From: Cercozoa sp. M6MM
Taxonomy: Eukaryota > Protista > Endomyxa: Ascetosporea
Strand: one strand, 5' to 3'
Assembly (NCBI GenBank): GCA_040357565.1
Contig: JBDODJ010000015.1
DNA length: 64,000 bases
Below, one piece after another: positions 1 through 13,250 of the stretch. Under the pieces are notes generated by a model that made no database searches, was not told where the DNA came from, and saw nothing but the letters and a program-made list of their open reading frames with translations. A program made the position numbers and the translations under genes. How positions within the stretch are numbered: the first letter of the stretch is position 1; each line of letters opens with the position of its first letter.

Positions 1-70
<70 letters not shown>
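1..70. repeat. (CA)n microsatellite in a glycerate kinase intron
   Basis: Directly visible. Confidence 0.95.
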
Positions 71-72
<2 letters not shown>

Positions 73-842
73 AATACCCAATGCCACAGTCGTTTGTAGC
101 ACTTCCTCCAACACAGACGTAAATCCGTCTGGCTCCTGTGCAGTACTTGCAATAACAAACATACAAAGAAGACTACTACTAGCTGTAAAAATACCCTGTC
201 GAAGTAGATGCGCAATCAGCTCGCCGGTTCCGTACGTGCTCGCATTCCAAACTGAAAGAGCCGATAGAAACAGCTGCATAGAAAAACACTGTTCCGCGCA
301 GAAAAACACCTGTTTCCGAAGAAACTTGCTGGACGAAGCGAATTCCGCTGGCTTCGGCCATTTCGACAACACCAATCACCGGACTGAAGAAAACAAATCC
401 TAAAGCAAAAGCTGCAATTGGGCCATACGGTCAGGTTACGCAGAAGGATCATTTGGGCGGATTAGTGCACATTCCGCTTCAACAGAAGTGCCTGTGTATG
501 CTTAGATCTACGCAATTGCCATTTGTAGGTCTAACGTACCGAGTGGCCCATTGACCTGACGTTTCTCCAAAGTGACATGCGAGGGTGACTGGCTCAGTGC
601 CTTCGCAATCACTTGCAGCGAGCCATCACCACCGTCGCACAGCGGGAAGCAAGAAACATCAACTTCGGTGCGGAAACTGCGAGCTGCTCGACGCACTCCA
701 CGCGCGAGCGCAAGCGCTGCAGCCAACCAGTTTTTGACATTCTTGTTTTTACGTTTGAAAAGCTGTCACCTGCTTCATCTGCGCCAAGACACTCTTTGAA
801 CGCGTTGGGGGCACAACATACGCGTAACGCACGTCTCTGCAT
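1..842 (-). CDS. Glycerate kinase, GlxK/GarK family (spliced; 3' end lies outside the window)
   Basis: Exons read MQRRALRVCCAPNAFKECLGA..., FPLCDGGDGS...VNGPLG, VVEMAEASG, CASTST and GARRIYVCVGGSATNDCGIG. These match GlxK motifs APDSFKES, ADGGEG, EMA.ASG and GGSATND.G.G. Confidence 0.9.
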
Positions 843-1061
843 GTCAGAAACTGTTACTATACCGAAGAACAGCAAGGCAACAAAAATTGGTTTACGGAGC
901 TGGCCCCAACAAAAAAAAAGCTGGATTCGGTTCTGTACAGATTCAGGTAGTGAGCGCGCCCACCCGTGTGCTTAGTTTATTGTGGGTTTAATACTGGCTT
1001 CCAGTCGCTGTCGACACGTTTCCATTTTCATCGGAGGGGTGGTGTGGAAAAGTGCACATTC

Positions 1062-1866
1062 ATGCCGCCTCGTGTCGAAATCAAGACGGCCGAGGATGCC
1101 GAGTCAGCCACGGTACCACTTATTCTTCTGAGCGTTCAAGCTGCGTATGTGGGTGTCTGCAATGTATGCAGGTGGCCCAGCTGAAGCGTTTCCTGTCGAG
1201 CAACGGTCAGACCTTTGGCAAAAACAAGCGCAAGGACTACTACGTCGAGCGTGCCGTGAACTTCCTCGCATCTGGTCAGGTACGATAAAGCTCTGTCTGC
1301 TTTGCTTGTTTTATAATCTGTGTGTCTGCAGAGTCCTGGCAGCGCTCCGGATTCCGATGATGAGCCAGTGGTGGCTGCCCCGGTGACTGAATCTCGCAAG
1401 GTCAAGCGCGATCGCAGCAAGGCGGCCAAGAGTCTGTCCGCCGCGGCTTCTGCTCAGAAACGTCGCATGGTCGACGATGAAGAGGAAGAAGCGTACCACG
1501 AGCATTCATTATTCTTCATTCTGTATGACCCGTATTCTTTTCGAGTAGCCAGGCTTCTAGTGCGCGAAGCAGCGCCAAAAAGACTTCGCTGAAGCGCGGT
1601 CGGCGTGCTGTCGAGCAGGAGGAAGCTTCCGAAAGCGAAAGCGAAAACGAGAGTGATGAAGAGATGGTACTGCGCAATCCAGATACGTTATTGCCCAAAT
1701 ACAGAGCATGAATATTGCCCTAAGTATGTACTTACATAAGCTCATCAAACTATCTTAGATTCTGCGTCGCGAGCCACGTAAGAAGGGTTCGACGCGTGCG
1801 CGTGCCGAGAAGTCACTCCGCACCGTGGCTCGCATCTCATCCGACGAGGACTTTGAGTCGGACGAG

Positions 1867-1919
<53 letters not shown>

Positions 1920-4179
1920 CAGTTTCTTTGACTGTTATTCTATGTGTGTAACTTTGCAGGAAGCAGAAGAACCGCCGCAGAAACGTCGTCGCGCAGCGCC
2001 TCGTTCCTCGCGAATCGTGGCGCAGAAGAAGAAGCCGGCGTCTGCTCCTGCGAGCAAGCCGGGCGTCGCTCCTGCCGCCGCTCGTCGCGCTGCTTCTGCT
2101 CGGTACACCTACTTGCTATCTAAACTGTCTATACACACTGTCCATCTACACTTGTATCTCCTGAAGTTAATCTTTCACTCTGTGTGCAGCAAGGCACGTG
2201 GCACCGCCAGCAAGACGGCAGCGCCGAAGGCGCCTTCCACGGCGCCCAGGAGCTCGGCCAAGTCGCGCGTGTCGAAAAAGACCGCCGAAAAGCCGATTGA
2301 AAAACCTGCCAAAAAACCTGCTGAAAAAACTGTCAAAAAAACAGTCGAAAAACCGGTGTTTCCGCGCGCAAAGCCGGCGCCAGTCGTCACGAAACCGAAG
2401 CGCCAGCCGCGCGGTGTGGCGACGCGGCCCAAGTCGACGGAAGCTCCGCGAACGACGTCAAAGCTTTCGCGCGAACCCTTCCTGCACGCGCCATCCACGA
2501 GCAGCGAAAGCGAAAGCACGATATCCAAGCAGCCGACACCACGTGTCTCGCTTGCCTCAGCTTTCAACACGTCGACTGGTACCACTGTTATTCTGTGTGA
2601 GTGTTCGTTCACTGCTTTTTTGTGTTCTTGTTTGTGTTTATTACTTCTGTAATTTCAGAGCGCAAGCGATTCCACCCGACGCGACCGACACGCGTGTTCC
2701 AGGGCAAGCAGGCACAGACGAGTGCCCTGCTGTCGCCTGCACTGACTGAAAGCACGGCATTGCAGAGTGCGGCGACTCTGGCGCCTCGTGCCGTGCAGGA
2801 GCCCAAAAAGAGCAAATGCAGCGTCGCTCGCGTCTGCATGGTCGTTTTTGGTGTGTTTGCGTCGCTGTTCCTGCTGGCACTCATTGTGAGCAAACTCGAA
2901 CCTCCTGTACGCTTTTGCGACTCGGGAGCACCTGTGACTGACGGTTGCTTCGAGGTTGGCTCTTTTTCTCAAATCAAGTTTGGCGATTCTTTTTTGCAAA
3001 ATTGAATCTTTTCCGCTTAGTGCCCAAAACACGCGACGTGCCACGGCGGCCGTGCCGTCTGTGAGCCCGGTCTGGTTTTGCAAGGTGTGCACTGCTACGA
3101 GAGCACAAATATGCAGGTACAGCCGATCCTTTTTCTGTATTTTCCCGACTGACAGTTTTCAGTTTCTTTGTTTTTTCTCTCCAGGCCGACGCAAATGCGA
3201 TGGCGCAAGCTGCTTCGCGTGCCCTGGCAGCACTTAACGGTCGCGTGCAGTGCGGTTCAGACTTGCACACTGAGCCTGTGGAGTTGGGTATAACTATTGT
3301 TTGTATTTTGTTTTTTGTTTTTAGTTGTTGCCTGACTCGGATTTTGTTTTTCTTTTTTTCAATCACTCCAGGCCAGCTCTCGTTCGCCTCTGATGCTCTT
3401 AAACTCGACAAGAATGGCATCGTGTTCGGTATCGAGCGATTCGCCATGCGCAACGCACTCCTTTCGGTAGCTTGGTTTTGCAGGTTTGCAGTTAATTAAG
3501 GGGGATTTTTGGAACACAGGTCGCCAAGCAAGCTGACACCGAGGCGGTTAAGAAGTCGTTTGACAAATTCACGGATATGGTGTACGACCATGATGTGCCT
3601 GGTGTGTCGATCGAGCATAATGCCTTCGTGTCTAGTCGGGTACTTTGTGTTCTGCTTTGGTCTGTCGGTGTCTATGGTTGACTGCAACAGGTGGAGAAGC
3701 CGCTGACGTGCCGCTTGCGTCATTATGTGATGGAGAATCTTGGCTCGGTGCTGCTGCTGCTGCTGGGAGCTGCCACAGTGCTGACGCCTGTGCTCAAGTT
3801 GCGTCAGCGGCGTCGCCGACAGCGCCTGGCGGCCGAGCTGGTGAAGGCGGCCATCGCTGAGCTGCAACGTGAGCAGTCAATGTCGCTCGTGGCTCTCCAG
3901 GACACTTGTCGCAACAGCGCCGACCCCGACGTGAGTGTCGCCGCTCGCAGTCAGGACATCTGGCGCGACGCGGTCAAGGCACTGCAGAAAGACCGCCGCG
4001 TCTCGCACAGCGTTCGCATGCTGGCCGGTGTGCAGCGTCAGGTATCTCCTCCTTTCTCCTCGTACCTCTCGACCTCTCTGTCCACTGACACTCCATTGTT
4101 TCTCTAGATCCTGCACTGGACGGCGGCGCAGTCGGTCTCGATGCCGCCGATGACGGGAAATGTCGCGGCTGCCTTCTAG
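1062..4179 (+). CDS. HeH/LEM + Man1-Src1 C-terminal (MSC) inner nuclear membrane protein
   Basis: N-terminal TVAQLKRFLSSNG..KRKDYYV (HeH-like), long basic/acidic linker, TM1 (VCMVVFGVFASLFLLALIV), Cys-rich lumenal segment (FCDSG..C..CPKHATC..C), TM2, then IWRDAVKALQKDRRV...ILHW (MSC winged-helix-like). TAG at 4177-4179. Confidence 0.75.
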
Positions 4180-4606
4180 GTTCGAGCCTGCCTGCTGGAA
4201 TCAGTTAGTTACCTTAGTTACGTTGGTTAGAAGTCGCAACTCATCCCCTCAGTCGTGTTGGGCTTCATTTTTGGGGTTCGCGTTCCGCGAGGACATCTTG
4301 TAGTAGGACTGTCTAACGTATTCCAGTTCGATGACTTTGATCCTAGGAATCTTAGGTCAACCCTAGTACGTCAACCTACCTGTGATCCTAGGTCAATCCT
4401 ATCTCAGTCCCAGCTATCCTTTGCCAGTCCTATCCATTCTATGTCAGTCCTATGTCCACCAGCCCTATCCATCCTACGATGTCTGTGTTAGTCCTATCTC
4501 GATCCAACTGATCCTATCTCAGTCCTCGCCTATCCTCGTCCCAACTCGAGTTAGTTGAGTCTTAAATGAAACCTGCGAGGTAGGGTAGCCGGTTTACGAC
4601 CGGTGC

Positions 4607-5579
4607 TCACTCGTCCTGCGCAGCGGCAGCGATGTCGGCGTTGTACTTGGGATTCTTCTTGAGCAGCACGAAGCCCTCAAGCGTCTTGGTGTACGGGATG
4701 AACTCCTCGGTCGCAAGTTCGGCGCGCTCGCCGCGCGATAGCAGGACGGGCGTGTCGAGTGTCTGGAAGCCGGTGACGGTCTTGGGCTTGCCAGCCTGCC
4801 GCACGACATCGACGGCTTGTCCGACACGCACGCTGGCCTTGACAGGTTCGAGAGTTTCCTCGTCCAGCGTCACAAGCATTCGCGGTCGCATGGCGAGTGC
4901 CAGGAAGTACAGCAGGAAGTGGTGCGACCCGAGGATGGTGTGTTTGGCATCCAATGCCGCGATCAGCACTGTCAGCAGGCCGCTCAGTGACGTCTTGCTT
5001 AGCAGCATGCCTGTTTTCATGTATCACACAAATTGGGTATTCAATAAGTTGCAAGTATGAGGACACACACCATCACTGTGCAGCGGTGAGAGCGTCATGA
5101 GGCCCTTGGCCATGTAGAGCAGGCCCTGCGCGATGCGTGTGCAGAACAAGTGGTTGGCATCGCGACTGTAGAAACCTGCCAGCTGGCGCAGAATCTTGGC
5201 CAGTCCTACACGGCAATGGGGTAAGAAAGAACAAGGGTGTGGGGGGAGGGGGTAAAGCCAGAGGTACGCGAGTTCTGCGTGCCGGCTCCGACGAGACCGA
5301 GGCCGAGAATGGCGTGCATTGAGACGTACTCATCGTTGTCGTGCGAGAGCTTGTGCAGCAGGTCCATCACCAGGACGGACGGGTCACTCACCGACTGCAG
5401 ACCGAGTGCCAGTGGCACAGCACGTCGCACGCGAATATCGCCGTACTGCAGCAGGTTGTCGAAGGCGCGCAGTGCCATCTCGGCGCCGAGTTCCTCGCCC
5501 AGCGACACCAGAGCGATACCGATCGTCGCCAGTGCTTGTGCCGACAGGAACTGATATGGGGGGGGGGGGNNNNNNNNNN

Positions 5580-5656
<77 letters not shown>

Positions 5657-6647
5657 GCACCTCATCAGCGCCGTGCGTTTGGTCCTCGTCGTCCTTCTTG
5701 GCACCGCCGAGTTTGCCACCGCCGAGTGCTTGCAGCAGCTGCTGCGGTCCGTCCAACTCTTCGTCCTCGCTCTCCTCGTCCTCGTCCTTCTCCTCTTCGT
5801 TCTTCTCGGAAGTCTCGGCCTTCTCGCCGGCCACACTGAGCATCTTCTGCACCTCCAGCACGTTGCCCGTGCCTGCACAGACAGCACATGAGTCAGCCTT
5901 CTGGTACTTACATAAGGTATACATACCAGCGTAGGCACATAGCTCGAGCAGCAGCATGGCAGCACGCCGCGTACCCGGTCGCTCCAGCACCTCGAGTGCC
6001 TGTACACACACAACAATACTAAACTGTGCATACTACATACATTTTTTAAAAAATTATATGGACATAGAACAGACATAGATAAACACATACTTTGTACATA
6101 TAGATACAAAGGTGGGCAGGGGCACCTCCATCATGGCATCAACACGCTCGCCGACGCCCATGAAGAGCAGGCCGAGTGCGAGGAACAGGAAGCGAGCCAG
6201 CGGGTGCTGCAACTTGCTCTTGCTGTCGGCGGCTTCTTCGTCCTCGTCCTCCTTCTTGTCCTCATCCTCGTCCTGCATGGCACCGTCGTTCTCGTCGCTG
6301 TCTTCGCCCTGGTACTCCAGCAGCACGGCCAGCAAGGCACCGCACGCGTCCACGTCGCACGTGCCTTGGAACACCATACCGGCCGCCAGTGCCGCGTAGA
6401 ACACGGTCTCCTCGTCATTCGACTCTACACATACAGTTTAGGTATTATCCCCACCTACCTGTACGGATTAGACAGACGGAACACACCCAGGTCAAACAGG
6501 ATCGGCGCCAGGCACGACTCCCAGATGTCCTTGCGCGCCGAGCCTGCGTACGCTAGTGCCAGACCCAGCAGCGCCTGCTTGCGCAGCGTCGCGTCCTCAC
6601 CTACTCAAACGTTATACACAACACACACATTAAACAAATACGGATTT

Positions 6648-6683
<36 letters not shown>

Positions 6684-6696
6684 CGACTTATCTACG

Positions 6697-6730
<34 letters not shown>

Positions 6731-7650
6731 TGTTAATATATGCTTGTTAATACTAAATATTTATAGAAAGGACTACTCTCGGTGATGTGCTCGACCAGCA
6801 CGCCAAAGGCGGCGTCCATGGCCGACGTGATGCCGGTGGACACGAGGCCCGTGCCGAGTGCAGCACCGGCGCGAACCAGCGGGTCGTCCGAGTTCGAGTA
6901 GTTGTCGACCTCGTCGAAGCCGCCCTCGGTGTCGAACATGTGAATCAGACCCAACGAGGCCGCCGCAGAAATCTTGCCGTGTGTCTTGGTCTTGAAGATC
7001 CACTGCGTGTCGCTCACCGTCACCAGAGCGTCCTTGCCGTGCGCCGCGTGCACGAACGCTGAAACACAATGCGCAGGCATCATACGAAAGCTCACAAACA
7101 AAGCGAAAGCATCCAACACAACGCGAAAGAAAGCAGAAAATCAAACGAAAGCAATCAAAACACAAAGCGAAAGCATCCCAAACACAACGCGAAAGCATCA
7201 AAATCAAACGAAAGCACCATTGACAAAGGTCTTGGCGAGGTTCTCCTTGGCCGAGTCGACGGTGGGCCCCGACTTGGCACCGCGGCGCGAGGCCTTGCTG
7301 CCGTGCTCCTCAAGGTACATCTTGTAGATGTCGTCGTCGATGTTCTTGGGCGCGTCGAGCTCCATGGCCTTGGCGAACTTGCGGAACTCGCCCGACAGAC
7401 GTGCATTGCCAGCCAGTTCGACAAAGTCCATCTGTGCACCATAAGCAAATCTACCTGGCAAGGAAGCAAAAGAAGCACACACGCACGCACCTGCTCCTCG
7501 TCGTCCTCGTCCTCGTACATTTGGAGACTGCGCACCTTGAAGCGGTGCTGCGCCAGCATGAAGCCCACCTGCTCGTGCACTTTGCCCTTTTGCGACGACA
7601 GTTCCAGACACTTGGCTGGGGGCAACAAGCAGGTTCCATCATATCCCAAA

Positions 7651-7707
<57 letters not shown>

Positions 7708-8928
7708 ACACACACACATCTAAAGCTGTGTCAGTACAGATGCGATCGGAGTCGTCGAGTTTGAGCGCCACACGCAGCGCGTTCGGCACATCGTCGAAGC
7801 GAATGTACAGTGCAAACACCACCTGCAGCAGCTTCTCTGTCTCCTCGACGTCGCTCATGTAGGGTGCTGCAAGCACACACACACAGCAAACTCGAGTCAA
7901 AAAGAAAAGAGATGAGCTGATAGGCTTAAAGCAAAGGTACAGCAGCTTGCGAGGTAGTGACACATGCGTTCGTATTGATTCTCCTTGCACAAGTCCAGCA
8001 GACGGTCAGTCTGCTCGGTGTTGATGGTGAGATCGCACATCTCAGCCACGCCGTTGTTGGCGGCCTCGTACTCGAGGATCTGCGTGATGAGTGACTGCAA
8101 TTTCGACAGGTCAATGTCGTCGAAGCCGTCGAAGCGCGCGATCTGCTTGGCACCGTCTTCTTCCTCTTCAACATTGCCCTGGTAGCACTCGACGATTTCG
8201 CCCGTCAGGTGACGCACGTACTCGTGGCCCCAGAATCCAATCTCGAGCGGTGCCGCCAGCAGTTTGAATCGCAGCACTGAAAGCTCCTCAGGCGTGCCCT
8301 CTCGCGTCAGCGACAACACACTCAGCACATTGGCCAGTTCGCCCTGCAAAGCACACATGCAAAGCAAGCACACATGTAAAGCAAGCAAAGCACACATGCA
8401 AAGCAAGCATCAAACACACGCTTGCAGATACAAACAGCAAAGCGAAACAAACACAAAACACGCACCTTCAACTCGTCGGAATTCGTCTGTGTCGTACGGA
8501 AGTGCTCGCTCAACTCGTCAAAGTGCGGATGCAGAAACTTGAGCGGCTTCGGCACCGAAGTCATCGTCGTCGTCGACGTCGAAATCTCATGCTTCATCGT
8601 GCGAACGCCGTCGAGGCCGCGCGTATCGTCACCCGAAAGAACCTTGGCGACGGCGGAATCCAGCAGCTCCTTCAAGTGCTGGTCCGCCTCGCTCTGCACT
8701 CAAAGCAAGAACGCGTTGACACTTTTTGTCTCACGATTTTGACTTGCAAGCTTCGCTTTCTAGCGCGAATCACGCGCCGTTGCGAAAAAACAACAGACAC
8801 AACAGCTGTACCAGCTCAGTTTCGTGAGTGTCCTTCTTGTTGGCATCCTTCGTCTTCGCGGATCCTTCCTTCTCGCCGGCATCGGCACCCTTCTTCACGG
8901 CGCGCTCTTTATCAGTCTCGGACACCAT
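4607..8928 (-). CDS. RPN1: 26S proteasome regulatory subunit Rpn1/PSMD2
   Basis: [28 protein letters not shown] repeats, and C-terminal [57 protein letters not shown]. Confidence 0.97.
5570..5579. other. Assembly gap between a G-run and a (CA)n tract in an Rpn1 intron
   Basis: Run of N. Confidence 0.99.
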
Positions 8929-9186
8929 TGCAGGCTGTATCGAGCAATCCCACACACAGCCAACAGTGTCAGAGCCCTGTTCGTGGCAGAAATTTGCAAA
9001 ATCTGCAAAAACTTCTGAGGAATTTAAGTGTGCGTCAAAGCGACCAAAAAGCTCGATTAATACAGTCTTAGTTACTAATTTGAACTTTATCTGATTCTAG
9101 AACTACATAGTGGTTGCTTGCACGGTCTAAAGACAACATGGCCGTGGGTACAAGAGACCGGGCACAGTTGGGTACAGAACATCATC

Positions 9187-10560
9187 TCAGGAGCCCAATA
9201 CCTGTCGGAAACGCGGCACATTGGGCGCCGACTTGCCAGCGAGAGCAGCGACTCGAGCACGTGCCACTGAGGAGGCATAGAGCGGCACGGCAAAGTTGTC
9301 ACGGAAGCCCATGCAGAAGGCGAGCGACATGAAGGGCACCATGGCTACCGAGGCGAAACTCAGTCGGTCGATGTTGCGTACGGCGCGCGCGTCGTCGAGA
9401 TCGAGTCGCGCCAGCGTAGTGATCGTTGTTCTCTCCTCCATGATTCTACGGGAGTCGGAGGTAGGGGCAAAGTAGGACACACGGGGACACATGCTGGGTA
9501 GTAGTACTTGGACAGCTTCTCGAACTCGGCAGCGTCGTACATGGCAGCCTCGAGTTCGTCGTCGCTCAGTTTGTTGTCCAGCTTGAGTTTGTGCAGTTGC
9601 AACAGTCGCTTGTAGTGCATCATCTGCTCCATCTCACTCGGCGAACGCGAGTAAGCCGTGCGGCCCTCGGGCGCATTGACACCGTCCACATCGACCTGTA
9701 CCACGTGGGTAGGTAGAGTAGGTAGCGAGGTAGAATAGGTAGAGTAGGTAGGGTAGGTAGGGTAGGTAGAGTAGGTAGAATAGGTAGAGTAGGTAGGTAG
9801 ACAGGAGAGGTAGATAGGGTAGGTAGATAGGGTAGGCAGATAGGGTAGGTAGATAGGGTAGGTAGATAGGGTAGGTAGACAGGACACTCACATCAATATT
9901 GCGATGCCGGAAGAAGATATGGAGCGGCAGCATGCAGCCCATGGCCGAGCCAGCAGCGGCCACAAAGGACAGCGCCGAGATGGTCTGCGCGCCCATGGCA
10001 GCGCCCAGGAAAGGATTCAGTGCCACCGACAAGAACACCGAGGCCAAACTGATCACAAAGGGCGACATGCCTTCCATGTAGCACCCGTCCGACTGCGTGT
10101 GCAGGTAGGCCAACGGCGCGTTCAGTGCGAGGTGCGACAGGATGCCCAATGCGTGCGGCCAGAAGTACACGCCAGCGATACCGACAGTGACACCACCGAG
10201 CATGAGTGCCGCATCAGCCCACATGTCTCGCGCATGGTAGTCGGTCAGAGGGTTGACATGTGCCACGTAGCCACATGCCCCACTCAATGACAGCGGCGCC
10301 ACTGCCAACAAGAAACGCTTCATGCCTTCCACTGCGCACAGACGCTTCCGCAGAGCGTAGCCTGCCGCCAGCGACACCGTACTGGCGGCCAGCAGTTTCA
10401 CTGCATTCGACACGTACTTGTTCCAGAAGTGCAGTTCGCCCTCGCTCTTCTGGTACTCCATCTGCCATGCGAACCGATACGCCGCCGCACAGCAAACTGC
10501 TGTTCCACCAAAGCCTAGCAACGTGCTAGGCCGTACTCTCTGCAGCAGGCGATTCAACAT
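9187..10560 (-). CDS. Multi-pass membrane protein, possibly mitochondrial (weak GHITM/Bax-inhibitor-like resemblance)
   Basis: Arg-rich N-terminus MLNRLLQRVRPS, about 6-7 hydrophobic segments in exon 1, two further spliced exons. Confidence 0.55.
9708..9878. repeat. Intronic (GTAG/ATAGG)n simple repeat
   Basis: Directly visible. Confidence 0.9.
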
Positions 10561-10914
10561 CCGTGCCTGCGCACCAAAAACTGAAAGTCCAACATTTGCG
10601 CATACTGCATTCTCTCCTAACTTACACGTTATCCAACGGCACGCACTGTAATTTAATACGCAAATAAGTGGTTAGAGCAGCTGATCTCGCACGCTAAGTG
10701 CACTCAATTTTTTGGTTTTTTCCTGTGAGATAAAAAGTCGCCTAACCTCCCAATCGAAGAGCGCGTGTGTGTGTGAAGACAAAAAGAGCCTCAGAGAGTG
10801 TTTAAGTTGACCCGCCGCGCGAAAGAGATACTGATCACGTGCGAGTACGAAGCGCCATTTTTCTGTTTTCGTGCGCGTGCAGTGAAGTGATCCCTGTGGG
10901 ACGGAGGCGCAGCG

Positions 10915-11759
10915 ATGCAGTCGCCTTTCGTGACGGCAGAGCAGCGCGAGAAGCTCGTGTCGCCGCAGGTATCGGTGCTGCCAAATGCGATGCCGGAGTT
11001 GGGCGGCACGTCGCCTCTCGAGGTGGTCGGGCCGCTGGTGCACGAGCAGTTGCTTCCGTCGCTGCTGCACGCGCTGAACCTTCTGCGCGGTCACTCGGAA
11101 CTTGACCCGTCGCTGAGAAAAACGGCAAAGAAGTGCGTTTTTGCCTGCTTTGAGTTGAGTTGAGTTAAGTTGAGTTAAGTTGAGTTGAGTTGAGCTGAGT
11201 TGAGTTGAGTTGAGTTGCTTTGCTGCTTGAGTTGCTTTGCTTTGAGTTGCTTTGAGTTGCTATAAGTTGAGTTGCTTTGATTTGAGTTGCTTTGAGTTGA
11301 GTTGCTTTGAGTTGAGTTGCTTTGAGTTGAGCTGCTTGGCAGAACGTTTGCGGAAGGTGCGTCGGACATGGGTGCCCGACTGAAGCAGACGAGCAGCAGG
11401 TGCATGCGCACGATGATGCAGTTCCTGTCGGACCAGATCCAGGAGTCGCGTCGGCAGTCGCCGGACATGGGCGGCTCAAGTGCGTGCGCGGCCGTGTGGG
11501 CCCTGCGCAGTATCAACGACGTCGCCCAGATGTTCGGCGTGGGTCAGTTTCTTATCTAGTTGCTCTAGTGGTGTCAGTTAATGCTAGATACTGAGAGATG
11601 TAGATGACACACGCGACGAAGCCTTGACGGCACTGGTGGCTTCCTTCGTGTGGACAGTGCGCACGTACGGCATGGTGACCAAGGACTTTGCGAGTGGCAC
11701 GATGCTGTCAACACTGTTGCAGCGCCTGTATCGCTATACACAGGGCGACACCTGCGATG

Positions 11760-11795
<36 letters not shown>

Positions 11796-13250
11796 GCAAC
11801 AACAACGACGACAACAACAACAACAACGACAACAACGAAACCGACAGGCTGCGTCGACTGGTCGTGAGTGCCATCGTGGTGGTCCTACTGGGCTGGCACA
11901 CTCTCCTGCGCGCGTGCCGAGGCTGTGCCGCTGCCTCGGTGTTCGCCTCCGACCCTGGCGTGGCCGGCATGCACCACACAAGCGACGATGACCAAGATGA
12001 AGACCCTGACCTTGACCCTGACCATGACCATGACCATGACCATGACCAGGACCTAGACCATGACCATGACCATGGTCAAGACTCAATGCCGCGTCTCTCC
12101 TTCCTCGGCGAGGTCGTCTTGTTCCGCGGCAACTGCGGACTCGCTGAGGCTTGGACCAAGCGACTGATGCCTGTCACGGTGTCTGACCATGCTGACCACT
12201 CGTTGACCGTGCCTATGTCCACCCTACATGATGTTGACGGCACCGTCATTGACGACACACGTGTCACCTCGCTTCTGCGCTTCCTGCTCAAGTACATCCC
12301 ATCCTCCGAGCGGAGTCTGCTCACTCTGACCGCTCTTGATGATCGGTAACCTACGCTTGTACCTGCGTTTCTTACATCTTTCAATTTCACGACGGATCGT
12401 TTGTATTTTCGAACAGACAACTAGAGGACTTGCTGCAGACGCGGCGCTCACAGCGAGCTCAGTTGCGACTCAAAGCACTCGAGTTGCGAAAGCTTCGGAG
12501 AAAACGGCGTGTGGGTATCTTGACTGTTCCAGATCGCTTGTGAACCAAACGTGTTTTCGCTTTAGCGTCGGCACTCAAAGATCAAGACAGTGAAAGCACG
12601 CGCGTCAGCGACCAACATGCTTCGACCAGCAGCAGCGACAGCAGCGATGATGATACAACTCTCATCCGGAGAAAGCGTGCTGGCTATCCGACCAAACACC
12701 AGCTGCGCACTGCGGACTGGAAACGCGAGCACGAGGTCAAAGTCTTGCACTTCCGTACGCTTTGCTTTATGCTTTTCGACGAAATCGCTTTTTCATCCGC
12801 GCGGTTGCTGCAGTCGTTAGGATATTTCAGCGGGAAGGCAAGGTGACACGCTTCAGCAGCTGGACTGAGTATCCTGAGTGGATATCTCTAATTGCCGATG
12901 ATGGTTTGCTCACGTGATTCTTCTGTCCAAAAGTTTGCTTTTGATTTTGGATTTTCGCAGACTTACTGCGTGAGCAAACTCTTCATACGCCTGCCGCGGT
13001 GCGAGGTCAAATGAAGAAACTGTGGGACCAGGTGCAACAGGCCGCAGGTGGCACGTTCAATTTTATGGCGCACAAGGACGCCAGCGAGCGACAGCTTTCC
13101 AAGGTGCTCAACAGACTGCTCGACAAGCACATCGCCAGTATTCTGGCGGGCGATCGGCGCCGAACTGTGCACAAGATGCTTGTCCGGAAAGAGCTCGACC
13201 GAACGAGAACTAAGAAGCGGAGTAAACGCACTTCATGGTCGACCAAATGA
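10915..13250 (+). CDS. Hypothetical protein with poly-Asn and (Asp-His)n tracts
   Basis: Consistent GT-AG exon chain from MQSPFVTAEQ to ...TSWSTK*; high-GC3 codon usage; no family recognised. Confidence 0.65.
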
